From Pristiophorus japonicus (taxonomy: Eukaryota), in NCBI RefSeq assembly GCF_044704955.1, contig NC_091992.1:82646001-82710000 (forward strand): a DNA stretch of 64,000 bases. The letters are read 5' to 3'. Each line of letters begins with the position of its first letter. Within the stretch, counting starts at the first letter, position 1. The position numbers and the translations under genes were made by a program. Positions 37,865 through 51,515 of the stretch are shown here, piece after piece. Below the pieces are notes generated by a model that made no database searches, was not told where the DNA came from, and saw only the letters and a program-made list of their open reading frames with translations.

Positions 37865-38130
37865 AGAGCAGCAGACGCATGGGAACACCGCTACCTCCAC
37901 GTTTCCTTCCAAGTCACACACCATCCTGATTTGGAATTATATCACCGTTCCTTCATCGTCGCGTGGTCAAAATCGTGGCACTCCCTCCCTAACAGTGCCG
38001 TGGGAGTATCTTCACCACATGGACTGCAGCGGTTCAAGAAAGTGGCTTACCGCCATCTTCGCAAGGGTGATTAGGGATGGGCAATAAATGCTGGCTTGCT
38101 AGTGACGCCCATATCCCGTGAACAAATTTT
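37865..38130 (+). mobile_element. LINE 3' fragment
   Basis: KSWHSLPNSAVG...LQRFKKVAYRHLRKG* followed by the shared gggatgggcaataaatgctgg tail. Confidence 0.7.
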
Positions 38131-38179
38131 TAAAAATCCACCAAACATGACGCATGTTCTCCCATTGAGATTAAAATGA

Positions 38180-38502
38180 AACTGAAAAAGGAGGCTTATG
38201 AGGTTCACAATATGGTAGAAAATCGAGCAGAATACAGAAAGTGTCGAGGACTGAAAAGGGAATTAAGAGGGGATAACAGTGTATAGGCGGGTAACATAGT
38301 CAAAAGGGGGTGGGGCTGATTAGAGACCAAAAAGGATATGGTCTTGTGGAGGCAGAGGGCATAGCTGAGGTACTAAATGAGCACCTTCACAAAAGAAGAG
38401 GACGCTGCCAATATCACAGAAGGGAGTAAGGAAATTGGATAGGATAAAAATAGAGGAGGTATTTGAAAAGGTTGGCAGCAGTCAAAGTGGAAAAGTCACC
38501 TG
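38180..38502 (+). mobile_element. Decayed internal CR1 ORF2 fragment
   Basis: Remnants of AEVLNE...FTKEEDA and K.DKSP (gctgaggtactaaatgag..ttcacaaaagaagaggac..aaaagtcacc). Confidence 0.55.
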
Positions 38503-38858
38503 TGGAAGGAGGAAAGAAGCTTTCTGCTCATCGAATTCTTCCTTACAAAGCAGTCCCCCAATTTAACTGTGTACTCACTCAGTGTGGGTATCATTTACCA
38601 GTACACAAAATGGAATTGGGTGCAAATCTCTAATGTTTTTATATCCCAGCATTGCTGCTTGTTTTCCAGCCATAAGTGTGTTTATCTTTTTGAATCATTC
38701 ATGGATTATCCCAAAATATAAGATTCAGTGATAATCAGATCCATTTGACTCCATTTTCTGAATCTAAGGTAGATAATGGTAGGACATCAATGTAATTAGA
38801 TTATACAAGCAGACTAATGGCAATTACTTTACTCCCTCCAAACCATATTGGGTGTTAA

Positions 38859-41800
38859 ATAGAAACATAGAAAATAGGTGCAGGAGCAGGCCATTCAGCC
38901 CTTCTAGCCTGCACCGCCACTCAATGAGTTAATGGCTGAACATGAAACTTCAGTACCCCCTTCCTGCTTTCTCGCCATACCCTTTGATCCCCCGAGTTGT
39001 AAGGACTTCATCTAACTCCCTTTTGAATATATTTAGTGAATTGGCCTCAACTACTTTCTGTGGTAGAGAATTCCACAGGTTCACCACTCTCTGGGTGAAG
39101 AAGTTTCTCCTCATCTGGGTCCTAAATGGCTTACCCCTTATCCTTAGACTGTGACCCCCGGTTCTGGACTTCCCCAACATTGGGAACATTCTTCCTCCAT
39201 CTAACCTGTCTAAACCCGTCAGAATTTTAAATGTTTCTATGAGGTCCCCTCTCATTCTTCTGAACTCCAGTGAATACAAGCCCAGTTGATCCAGTCTTTC
39301 TTGATAGGTCAGTCCCACCATCCCGGGAATCAGTCTGGTGAATCTTCGCTGCACTCCCTCAATAGCAAGAATGTCCTTCCTCAAGTTAGGAGACCAAAAC
39401 TGTACACAATACTCCAGGTGTGGCCTCACCAAGGCCCTGTACAACTGTAGCAACACCTCCCTGCCCCTGTACTCAAATCCCCTCGCTATGAAGGCCAACA
39501 TGCCATTTGCTTTCTTAACCACCTGCTGTACCTGCATGCCAACCTTCAATGACTGATGTACCATGACACCCAGGTCTCGTTGCACCTCCCCTTTTCCTAA
39601 TCTGTCACCATTCAGATAATAGTCTGTCTCTCTGTTTTTACCACCAAAGTGGATAACCTCACATTTATCCACATTATACTTCATCTGCCATGCATTTGCC
39701 CACTCACCTAACCTATCCAAGTCACTCTGCAGCCTCATAGCATCCTCCTCGCAGCTCACACTGCCACCCAACTTAGTGTCATCTGCAAATTTGGAGAGAC
39801 TACATTTAATCCCCTCGTCTAAATCATTAATGTACAATGTAAACAGCTGGGGCACCAGCACAGAACCTTGCGGTACCCCACTAGTCACTGCCTGCCATTC
39901 TGAAAAGTACCCATTTACTCCTATTCTTTGCTTCCTGTCTGACAACCAGTTCTCAATCCACGTCAGCACACTACCCCCAATCCCATGTGCTTTAACTTTG
40001 CACATTAATCTCTTGTGTGGGACCTTGTCGAAAGCCTTCTGAATGTCCAAATATACCACATCAACTGGTTCTCCTTTGTCCACTTTACTGGAAACATCCT
40101 CAAAAAATTCCAGAAGATTTGTCAAGCATGATTTCCCTTTCACAAATCCATGCTGACTTGGACCTATCGTGTCACCATTTTCCAAATGCGCTGCTATGAC
40201 ATCCTTAATAATTGATTCCATCATTTTACCCACTACTGAGGTCAGGCTGACCGGTCTATAATTCCCTATTTTCTCTCTCCCTTCTTTTTTAAAAAGTGGG
40301 GTTACATTGGCTACCCTCCACTCGATAGGAACTGATCCAGAGTCAATGGAATGTTGGAAAATGACTGTCAATGCATCCGCTATTTCCAAGGCCACCTCCT
40401 TAAGTACTCTGGGATGCAGTCCATCAGGCCCTGGGGATTTATCGGCCTTCAATCCCATCAATTTCCCCAACACAATTTCCCGACTAATAAAGATTTCCCT
40501 CAGTTCCTCCTCCTTACTAGACCCTCTGACCCCTTTTATATCCGGAAGGTTGTTTGTGTCCTCCTTGGTGAATACCGAACCAAAGTACTTGTTCAATTGG
40601 TCTGCCATTTCTTTGTTCCCCGTTATGACTTCCCCTGATTCTGACTGCAGGGGACCTATGTTTGTCTTTACTAACCTTTTTCTCTTTATATACCTATAGA
40701 AACTTTTGCAATCCGCCTTAATGTTCCCTGCAAGCAGCTTCTCGTACTCCATTTTCTCTGCCCTAATCAAACCCTTTGTCCTCCTCTGCTGAGTTCTAAA
40801 TTTCTCCCAGTCCCCGGGTTCGCTGCTATTTCTGGCCAATTTGTATGCCACTTCCTTGGCTTTAATACTATCCCTGATTTGCCTGGATAGCCACGGTTGA
40901 GCCACCTTCGCTTTTTATTTTTACGTCAGACAGGAATGTACAATTGTTGTAGTTCATCCATGCGGTCTCTAAATGTCTGCCATTGCCCATCCACAGTCAA
41001 CCCCTTAAGTATCATTCGCCACTCTACCCTAGCCAATTCACGCCTCATACCTTCAAAGTTACCCTTCTTTAAGTTCTGGACCATGGTCTCTGAATTAACT
41101 GTTTCATTCTCCATCCTAATGCAGAATTCCACCATATTATGGTCACTCTTCCCCAAGGGGCCTCGCACAATGAGATTGCTAATTAATCCTCTCTCATTAC
41201 ACAACACCCAGTCTAAGATGGCCTCCCCCCTAGTTGGTTCCTCGACATATTGGTCTAGAAAACCATCCCTTATGCACTCCAGGAAATCCTCCTCTACCGT
41301 ATTGCTTCCAGTTTGGCTAGCCCAATCTATGTGCATATTAAAGTCACCCATTATAACTGCTGCACCTTTATTGCATGCACCCCTAATTTCCTGCTTGATG
41401 CCCTCCCCAACATCACTACTACTGTTTGGAGGTCTGTACATAACTCCCACTAACGTTTTTTGCCCTTTGGTGTTCTGCAGCTCTACCCATATAGATTCCA
41501 CATCATCCAAGCTAATGTCTTTCCTAACTATTGCATTAATCTCCTCTTTAATCAGCAATGCTACCCCACCTCCTTTTCCTTTTATTCTATCTTTCCTGAA
41601 TGTTGAATACCCCTGAATGTTGAATACCCCTGGATGTTGAGTTCCCAGCCCTGATCATCCTGGAGCCACGTCTCTGTAATCCCAATCACATCATATTTGT
41701 TAACATCTATTTGCACAGTTAATTCATCCACCTTATTGCGGATACTCCTTGCATTAAGACACACAGTTTTCAGGCTTGTTTTTTTTTAACACCCTTTGTC

Positions 41801-42685
41801 CTTTTAGAATTTTGCTGTACAGTGGCCCTTTTTGTTCTTTGCCTTGGGTTTCTCTGCCCTCCACTTTTCCTCATCTCCTTTCTGTCTTTTGCTTTTGCCT
41901 CCTTTTTGTCTCCCTCTGTCTCCCTGCATTGGTTCCCATCCCCCTGCCATATTAGTTTAACTCCTCCCCAACAGCACTAGCAAACACTTCCCCTAGGACA
42001 TTGGTTCCGGTCCTGCCCAGGTGCAGACCGTCTGGTTTGTACTGGTCCCACCTCCCCCAGAACTGGTTCCAATGCCCCAGGAATTTGAATCCCTCCCTGC
42101 TGCACCACTGCTCAAGCCACGTATTCATCTGCGCTATCCTGCGATTCCTACTCTGACTAGCACGTGGCACTGGTAGCAATCCCAAGATTACTACTTTTGA
42201 GGTCCTACTTTTTAATTTAGCTCCTAGTTCCTTAAATTCGTTTCGTAGGACGTCATCCCTTTTTTTAACCTATGTCGTTGGTACCAATGTGCACCACGAC
42301 AACTGGCTGTTCTCCCTCCCTTTTCAGAATGTCCTGCACCCGCTCCGAGACATCCTTGACCCTTGCACCAGGGAGGCAACATACCATCCTGGAGTCTCGG
42401 TTGCGGCCGCAGAAGCGCCTATCTATTCCCCTCACCATTGAATCCCCATCACTATCGCTCTCCCACTCTTTTTCCTGCCCTCCTGTGCAGCAGAGCCAGC
42501 CACGGTGCCATGAACTTGGCTGCTGCTGCCTTCCCCTGATGAATCATCCCCCCCCAACAGTACTCAAAGCGGTGTATCTGTTTTGCAGGGGGATGACCAC
42601 AGGGGACCCCTGCACTACCTTCCTTGCACTACTCTTCCTGCTGGTCTTCCATTCCCTATCTGGCTGTGGACCCTTCTCCTGCGGT
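38859..42685 (-). mobile_element. CR1 LINE (same family as 10684-14935), 5'-truncated within ORF1
   Basis: 651-aa RT ORF 38950-40905 (KFADDTK), endonuclease ORFs 40926-41764, esterase ORF1 remnants, (TTTCTATG) tail. Confidence 0.95.
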
Positions 42686-44532
42686 AGGAGGAAATATTTA
42701 CCAAGTTAAATGGTGCAAATTGAATGCCAGACTGGGTTCCAGAATTTGGCAAACAATCTGCTCCCTTTCATTGACCCTTTAGCTGACCCCTCAATCTTTA
42801 GCTCTCTTTCCCAACTACCTTCTAGTAAAACCAACCCCCTCTAGTTTTTTATGATAAATCTATTCTACAGGATACAAGAGAACCAATAGCTGAACATGGG
42901 TGTGAACATGGGGTCGTACCATTGAAAGAGAGGTAACTTTTCCATACTTGTCTTGATCCTAGAAGTCCAAAGGAGAAACTTGTACTCCAATGTGCAATGC
43001 ATTGAGGCTGACATTACCATGTTGTATGTCTGCTCCTTCCTCTCCATTTAAACAGGGGAGGGGGTGAAGGTTTGCGTCTCTTCATATCGCCAGTCGCATA
43101 AACCCACAACCTCCGGTTTGGCCCCCTAACCCTGTATCCTGCTATTTTTCTTACTCCCAAAAGTCTTGCTCACGGAGGGTTGACGTTTCTGCCTTCTGTG
43201 AAAATGATAGGTCATCTGCATATGGAGTTGGCCTGTAGGATACTTCCCTTGATCGAAGGTCTTGTATTCCGGGGTCTGTTCTAGGTGCTCCTCTCAGTGA
43301 CCTGATGGCCAGAAGAAAATTGGTGCTAAAGGGTTTGCAAGTCTAGTGCCCCTGACACTCTTAAAGGGGGCAAGAGAAAGGCATTCTGCTACTGTGAGTG
43401 GTGTAAATAGTCTATCCACCTGAAGGAAGGGCAGAGTACAACTTGTGTTCTGTTCAATGAGATGCCTCTTTACAACCAGTTACTGGATCTCATTCTTCTT
43501 CTGCTCTATAAACACAAAATACTAGTCTGATTTATTAGAATATATTCTAGCTTGAGTAAAGTTTTCATTCATCCTGAGTGGTTGAGACGGAGACCATTGC
43601 ATCTTTTTTTTTAAAGTAGACAAATATTTGAAGCAGAGGAAGTTAAAGGGCGGTGGGAAAGGAGCAGGGCGGTGGGAAAGGAGCAGGGCGGTGGAATTGG
43701 TTTGGATTGATGTAGCAAAGAGTTGGTACTGATCCATGGGGACAAATGGTCGCCTTCTGTGCTGTTATTCTAAGGGCATCATTCACTAAGCTGAAGCAGA
43801 CTCCAAACTGAGAAAATCAGTGGCTTATGTTCACTGTAATGATATTTTCCATCAGTACTTTGTCCCACAGAAACGGGGATAACTTTCGCAATACTTACTG
43901 TTCTGCATTCTCCAAACTGTAGAAACAATGCAAAATATTTGTAAACACCAAAAAAACAATTTCTGGGGGCAAACAAGTTAGCAAGCTGACAGAAAGCTGT
44001 ATTTGTAACATTGGATTATGTTTTTTAAATGCATGGAAACTTGGCTAGAATGTTTATTTTTTGCAAACCTGCAGCCATATCCTTTATTTTTCACCAATGA
44101 TCCCAAGTCTTTTAATAAAACATGTTGAACAGGTTCATGTATATTCCTCTCGTTTACCAAGTTAGATCGGCTTGTGGTAGTGCAGCTGCCTTGATGCTCT
44201 AACAATTAGCAGAGAACTGATGTCTCAACTTGTTAGACCTGTCAAGCCAAACTGCCAACACATGAACTGGAAGACTATCTTGTGTCTGAGAAACCGATAA
44301 ATAAAGGGAAATGGAAGGGAAACCAAATTTTAATGTGATTTTTAAGAATTCAATTTAATTAATTGATTTCTACGTTCTAAACATGGGACATAGGTTTTCT
44401 TTTGGTGAGTATGTCACTGAACACATTACATGCCCATTGGGTTGATGCGATGATTGATGTCTTGGCAGCTTTGTTGGATTGCTGCAATGTGATGTGCTGC
44501 TAATGTGTCACAAAACAAAATCAGATGATTGT

Positions 44533-44690
44533 AGAAAATAGGAGCAGGAGTAGGCCATTGGCCCCTCAAGCCTGTTCAGTCATTCAATAAGATCATGGTT
44601 GATCTGAACTTGGGCTCCACTTCTCTACCCACTCCCCATAACCCTTCACTCCCTTATTGTTCCAAAATCTGTCTATCTTCTCCTTAAATG
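44533..44690 (-). mobile_element. CR1 3'-tail fragment
   Basis: aaataggagcaggagtaggccatt...ccccataacccttcac tail shared with other copies. Confidence 0.7.
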
Positions 44691-44818
44691 AGAAGAGTTA
44701 ACAGTGCAGCTGTTTACTCCCTGCAAATTTCTATCCTGATTTATACACCCCTTTCAGTAGTGCCTCGGGATGAAGTATCTTTTTGTTGAGGTGGGGGGGT
44801 AGTTTGAAAAGAGTTGTA

Positions 44819-45143
44819 CAGGTTAAACCTCTCTTATCCGGCACCCTTGGGACCTGGCCTGTGCCAGATAAGGGATTTTGCCGGGGGGGGGGGGGCACGT
44901 TAAATTGGATAGTACAGGGACTGGGCAGGGGGATATTGGGGCTGGGAGTGCGTCAGGGAGGTTGTGGGGGGTGGGGGTGAGGCGGTGGATCGCGGGGTCA
45001 GGCCAGTGATTGCGGGAGTCGGCAACGAGGAAGGACTTCAATTTGTTCAAGCCGGAGTTCTGTGCATGCGCCACCCGGTGGCCGGGAATGGTCCGGAAGA
45101 GGGGTGGTGCCAGATAAGGGAGCCCGGATGGGAGGTTCAACAG
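44819..45143. mobile_element. Tigger-like MITE
   Basis: TA-preceded CAGGTTAAACCTC..ATCCGG with inverted CCGGAT..GAGGTTCAAC at the right end; internal gtgccagataaggga repeated. Confidence 0.55.
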
Positions 45144-45481
45144 GTCATGTAACTTGCATTGTTTGAAGTCCCTCAATCAGGTGAAATAACAGCGAAAGTC
45201 ACATTTTTAAAAATACATTCTATCCAGGGAGACTTTAGAGGTCCTCCCAGCACAGCTGTTTTTTTTTTGCCTCTCAGCATCAGGTATGGCAGCAAGTGAC
45301 TCGTGTATTGGAACAAGCCCCGCTGTGCCTTCCCTTGAGGTTTCAGAGAATCAGTACAGTGGAAGAATTGTGAAATCTGGTTGTGCTGTCCTGTAAGATT
45401 TTACCTAACTTGTACTTTTATTTCTGTGAAATGCCGTTTTGTTTTGCAAAAGTCTTTCTGACGTTGACCTTGTTTCTACAG

Positions 45482-45575
45482 CTCTGTTCCATGTGTCAGA
45501 GAACTGGTGCCACTCTAGGCTGCTACATTAAAGGCTGCCCTCTTAAGTACCACTATGCCTGTGCTGTAGATAGTA
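45482..45575 (+). CDS. 94-bp coding exon of the RAI1/TCF20-like gene (PHD finger)
   Basis: Acceptor ttgtttctacag and donor A|GTGAGT. Encodes [31 protein letters not shown] in frame with the large exon, matching the CxxC...GATLGC...C...YHY.CA PHD pattern. Confidence 0.93.
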
Positions 45576-47416
45576 GTGAGTATCTCTTCAGTTATTTTTG
45601 GTTATGATCAAGAAGGTAAAATGTTTGTGGAGTTGTGTACAGACCTTTGCTTTACGATGAAGTAGCTTTTTGATTGTTACATAATTAAATATGAAGAGCT
45701 GAATACAACCATTTTGTTCCCTGCAAATAATGATCTCGCTGTGGTAATGCTTTCTGCATTGGAAAGGACACTGGTGATTTAAATTGATGAACACTAGTGC
45801 CATGTGAGCCAGTAAAAGTAATTACCCAATTTTATTCTGGGACCACACTCCCCTGATAATTCAAAGTCATTTATTTTGCACCCCCACAAATTTGAATTAT
45901 CTAGAAATTCAAATGAAGCAATTGTATTAGAATGGCCTTTAGCATAAATCGAATTATTCAAATTAACAGGAATGGGCTGTGTATAATTTATTCCATCATT
46001 TTAAATAATGTTCAGGTTCAATTTGATGTAACTGTGGAAGTAGTGCAAAGCGGAGTCAGTATTTGCTGAAGCCCATCGAGCTGCTTAACACTAGTTTGAA
46101 GTACTGGGTCGTTGCTGCCTTGTTTAGTATATGGGTACTAATATGCTTCAGGCAGAATTGTACTTACGCCAATGTACTTTCATGGTGTGCGATATGTTCT
46201 TGTGTGATACTGTTAATTCATCACCTCTTTGTTCTCACCATTGCCCCATCAGCAAAGACAAGTCAGTACTTCATCCTAGTGTTCGACAGCTCAAAAATGT
46301 TCTCTCCAGACACCGCCCCAATTTAGACAAACAAGACTTGCAGTTGTATGGCTGGCTATGGTGAACCTCGTATGATAATTTCATATTCCCATTGCACTGT
46401 GCTGAAATCTCTGACAATGCTGATAAGATGTATATTCAATTCCCTAGATGAATTAATCATTTTTTGGGGAGTGTATGGGTTAGGAGAAGAATAGAAAGGG
46501 CAAAGGAGGCGGGCGGTGGAATTTTCTTCAGTGACACACAGGAAAAAGCAATTAAAGCACAGCGAGAGAGCTTGGTCCTGTACTGAAAGGCTCTGCATTG
46601 TCCCAGTAGGCTGGTGAATGGTTAATGGGATCTGTCAGCCGATAGTGTTTGATGCATTGGCTGATGGATCCATTATCCTGCTATTGACCTTTATGTACTG
46701 AAGACTTCTCATGTTACGAAAAACTGTGGTGTCATTGCTTTTTTTCCCTCTTAAAAGGGGAAGGAAAGTATAGCAGCCGAGCACATCATCACATTAATGC
46801 ACTAAAAATCATCCGTTATAACCAGCAGCACAGACAGATGATTGCCAGCAGTTTAGGGAGGAAAACTTGAGTTGCCTTCCCGTAATAAACATCACCATAA
46901 CTATGGTGTCACCAAATTAAATGGCAGCACCAAAGCCAACAGTGATAGGACATTTATGTGGGCAAGTGTGCTTGTTCCTGGGTTGTCGTTCCTCTTTAAA
47001 TGGAATTATGACACAATGCTCATTATTATAACCATTGTCACTTGCTATTGGTTCCAGGTTATAGAATCTTACAGCACAGAAGGAGGCCTCTTGGCCCGTC
47101 GTGCCAGTGCCGGCTCTTTGAAAGAGCTGTCCAATTAGTCCCAATTCTTGGGTATTGATTAAAGAATATGGGAATGAAGCTGGCAAATTACTATTCAAAA
47201 ATAAGTATGCGGTTGGATGTTGTGTTTGCATTACCAGAGTCTGAGTTAACAGTGCTTGCACATCCAATGGTGGAGCGGTGATTGTTATCCACTGCTAGGG
47301 GTCTCGCAGTCTATGTTTTGAGTCTTTGTTAATTGGGTTTAAATTGATTTCTGCTGTCTGAATGTGTAATTAAAAGTGAGGAATCCTGGTTGACCTGCAT
47401 TTGCTCTTTATTCCAG

Positions 47417-47466
47417 AATGTTTCCTAAATGAAGATAATTTCTCAATGAAATGTACAAAACACAAG
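47417..47466 (+). CDS. 50-bp coding exon of the RAI1/TCF20-like gene (end of PHD finger)
   Basis: Acceptor ctctttattccag and donor AAG|GTAC; phase-compatible with the previous exon. Encodes (K)CFLNEDNFSMKCTKHK, cf. EENFS.(K/R)CPKHK in RAI1/TCF20. Confidence 0.92.
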
Positions 47467-48321
47467 GTACAGCAATAGTACATCTTTATATTTCCGAAAT
47501 CTTTTACCATGTACAAGTTGTGCATTCATTTGATCAATTTTCAGAGATCAAATCTTAATGCTTTTCACACATTTGTTAATTTTTTTTGTCAACCAGTATG
47601 TAGACAGATTGTGTGCGGTAACAATCACTGTCAGATATCCTTATCGTTCTGATTTGCTGTCACATTCACGGGTTCCCGCTCATGGAAAATATATGTAAAA
47701 GTTATGCCCAATATACTGTATGCCAGGTTTAATTATATTTTTAATAAGTAACACGGCTATATAAATATTAAAAACAATTAAATGGTTAGAAATGCTTAGT
47801 GAAGATCTCATCTCCTGATTCAGATGATAAATTGCTCTTGTTGGTTTACGATGACCTTTGAACCACTTACTGAGATGGTTTCTCTGTGATCCATTGTTAT
47901 TTTCTACCTACGATAGTAACACCTCCCAGCATTATTGTTTGCTAATTTTTATGTGACACAGAAACATTGAACATCTAGTCGTCGGAAAGTCCGTCTAACT
48001 GATGGCATGCAATTGGTGGTGATTATTTAGATAAGTTTTAAAATCAGCAGCAGTGTGACCTCAGTTTTAATTGGAATTCCATGTCTGCGGATATCTTTAT
48101 CCAGTCAGCGACTTGCTGAATTGTTGCTGGGAAACAAACATAGTTTTAAACATCATATACAATCTGGCTGCAAATCATGTCTGCGCATGTGCTGGGGTAT
48201 ACTTCCCTGGCCTTGTTGAATTTTGTTTTGTAGGGAGAGGAGAGAAATCTGTACTTGCTACTTTTGTTTAGCACGCAAACAATTTTCTGCCACTCCCTTA
48301 AATTTTTAACTTTGTTTCAAT

Positions 48322-49585
48322 GGTTATCCTTTGTGACTGTGACAAAGGCAAACAATCCCTCCTTGTCCTTCTTGACCCATCTGCAGCCTTTGACATGGTT
48401 GACCACTCTATCCTTCTCCAACACCTCTCCACTGTCATTCAGCGGAGTGGGATTGCACTCGCCTGGTTCCATTCTTATCTATCTAATCGTAGCCAGAGAA
48501 ACACCTGCAACAGCTCCTCTTCTCACCCCCGCATCGTTACCTCGGGTGACCTCCAAAGATCTATCTTTGGCCTCCTCCTACTTCTCATCTACATGTTGCC
48601 CCTTGGCGACATCGAACACACAGTCAATTTCCACATGTACGCTGATGACACCCAGCTCTACCTCAGTACCACTTCTCTCGACCCCTCCACGGTCTCTAAA
48701 TTATCAGGCTGTTTGTCCGACATCCAGTTCTGGATGAGCAGAAATTTTCTTCAATTGAATATTGGGAAGGCTGCAGCCATTGTTTTTTGCCTCTGCCACA
48801 TCCCTGTTCACTAGCCACTGACTCCATCCCTCTCCCCAACTCCTATCTGAGGCTGAACCAGACTGTTCGCAAACTTGGTGTCATATTTGACCCTCAAAGG
48901 AGCTTTCGACCACATATCTGCAACATAACTAAGACTGCCTATTTTCACCTCTGTAACATCGCCCGTCTCCAACCTTGCCTCAGCTCATCCGCTGCTGAAG
49001 CCCTCATCCATGCCTTTGTTACCTCTAGACTTGACTATTCCAATGCACTCCTGGCTGGCCTCCCACATTCTACCCTACGTAAACTGGAGATGATCCAAAA
49101 CTCGGCTGCCTGTGTCCTAACTCACACCAAGTCCCGCTCGACCACCAACATTGGCTTCCAGTTAAGCAACGCCTCGATGTCAAAATTCTCATCCTTATTT
49201 TCAATTCAGATCCCTCCATGGCCTCGCCCCTCCCTATCTCTGTAATCTCCTCCAGCCCAACAACCCCGCCTCTTTCCCCCCCCCGAGATATCTGTGTTCC
49301 TCTAATTCTGCCCTCCTGAGCATCCCTGATTTGTAATTGCTCAACCATTTTTGGCTGTGCCTTCTGTTGCCTAAGCCCCAAGTTTTGGAATTCCCTACCT
49401 AAATCTCTCCGCCTCTCTACTTCTCTTTCCTTCTTCAAGACGCACCTTAAAACATACCTCTTTGACCAACCTGCGCTAATTTCTACTTATGCGGCTTGGT
49501 GTCAAATTTTTATTGCATAATACTCCTGTGAAGTGCCTTGGGACGTTTCACTACGTTAAAGGCGCTATATAAATAAAAGTTGTTA
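48322..49585 (+). mobile_element. L2 LINE 3' half
   Basis: LLDPSAAFDMVDH, YADDTQLY, FVTSRLDYSN; L2 tail aaggcgctatataaat. Confidence 0.9.
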
Positions 49586-49847
49586 CCCTAATGTTTCCCC
49601 CAACAAATTACATTTAATCTTTGTTAAAGGGGAAACTTGGCACAAAATGTACTGGTTACAATTTTTAAAACTGGAAAAATCACTTCACAAACCAATTCAA
49701 ACTATTGCATGGGCAGTGGATGCAGAAATGCTTCCATAGTGGGATCGAGTTGCCACAATTTTAAGGTTAATGTGACAATGAATTCTCCCATTTCTGGGAA
49801 AAGTAACTGATTTGCCTCCATGAAGACCTGTTGACCTGTCACAATTT

Positions 49848-50880
49848 TAAGAATATAAGAAATAGGAGCAGGAGTAGGCTATTTGGCCCCTCAAGCCTGC
49901 TCTACCATTCAATAAGATCATAGCTGATCTGATCTTGGACTCAGCTCCACTTCCCTGCCTGCTCCCCATAACCCTTCACTTCCTTATCGTTCAAAAATCT
50001 GTCTATCTCCAACTTAAATTTATTCAATGACCCATCCTCCTCATCTCAGTTCTAAACGGGTGACCCCTTATTCTTAAACTATGCCCCCTAGTTCTAGATT
50101 CCCCCACGAGTGGAAACATCCTCTCTGCATCTACCTTTTCGAGCCCCCTCAGTATTTTATGTTTCACTAAGATCACCTCTCATTCTTCTAAACTCCAATG
50201 AGTACAGGCCCAACCTGCTCAACCTTTCTTCATAAGTCAACCCCTTCATCTCAGGAATCAGAATCAATCTAGTGAACCTTCTCTGAACTGCCTCCAATAC
50301 AAGTATATCCTTCCTTAACTAAGGAGACCAAAACTGTACGCAGTACTCTACCAATACCCTGTACAGTTGTAGCAGGACTTCCCTGCTTTTGTACTCCATG
50401 CTCTTGCAATAAAGGCCAACATTCCATTTCCTTCCAAATTACCTGCTGTACCTGCATACCAACTTTCTGCATTTCATGCACAAGGACTCCCAGATCCTTC
50501 TGTACAGCAGAATTTTGTAATCTCTCTCCATTTAAATAATAATTTGCTTTTTTATTTTTCCTGCCAAAGTGGATAACCTCACATTATACTCTAATCTGCC
50601 AAATGTTTGCCCACTCACTTAGCCTATCGATATCCCGTTGCAGATTATTTGCGTCCTCCACACAACTTGCTTTCCCACCTTTCCCCATCTTTGTATCATC
50701 AGCAGACTTGGCTACATTACACTCGGTCCCTTCATCCAAGTCATTAATATAGATTGTAAATAGTTGATGCCCCAGCGCGCATCCCTGTGGCACCCCAATA
50801 GTTACTGTTTGCCAACCGGAAAATGACCCATTTATCCTGACTCTGTTTTCTGTTAGTTAGCCAATCCTCTCCATGCTATT
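49848..50880 (-). mobile_element. 5'-truncated CR1 LINE (second subfamily)
   Basis: PQG..LG..LFTIYINDLDEG..ADDTK fragments and aagaatataagaaataggagc tail. Confidence 0.85.
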
Positions 50881-50889
50881 ATCCCAAAT

Positions 50890-51200
50890 GATAGGCTGAC
50901 ACTTCAGTGCAGGAATGCGACACTGTTGAGGGTGCCGTCTCTCACTGTTGAAGGTGCATGCCTTGACCTGCCATTCATGGGTGGACATAAACGATCGACC
51001 AGAGCAACGAGTTCTCCCATTATCATGGCCAACATTCCTCCCTCAAGTAACAACACCAAAATCAGATTGTCCAGTGATTCATTTATTTGTTGTTTACGGG
51101 AGCTTGCTGTGTGGCTGTTGCCTATCGAACAACAGGGGCTGCACTTCAAAAGTAAAGTGCTTTGGGATGTCCTGAGGGCATGAAGGGTGTTATTTATCTG
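50890..51200 (+). mobile_element. Deu-domain SINE fragment
   Basis: ggctgacacttcagtgcag..ggtgccgtct..gccaacattcctccctcaa..aaagtgctttgggatgtcc matches 58037-58465. Confidence 0.65.
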
Positions 51201-51515
51201 CATCTTCTTTCTATCACCATGAGACATTTGTTGTGATATTGCACAATAAGTTATTGTACTGATTTTTATACAAATACTCCCTGCAGCTAATGTCCCAGAC
51301 ACACGCAGCAATTTGTGGAGCAGTGAGAGGGGTTAGTGTTTGCCTTTAAAAACACCATGTTTATAATTTTGTTTTATAATTGTTTAAAAAAATTGCAGTC
51401 ATAATTTCATAATTTGCGATTTTTTTTTTAATGGATTGGATAGTCCACGGACATGGTGTCAAAACATTCACGGAAAATTGGCCTTTCTTTCAAAAGGTTC
51501 TTTAAGTCCTGTAAT

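Noticed and set aside
41596-41630. 17-bp tandem duplication in CR1 endonuclease
   Set aside because: Ordinary inactivating frameshift in a TE copy.
43648-43694. 19-bp tandem repeat (gggcggtgggaaaggagca) x2.5
   Set aside because: Local slippage duplication in what looks like a decayed LINE tail; no spacer structure, not CRISPR-like.
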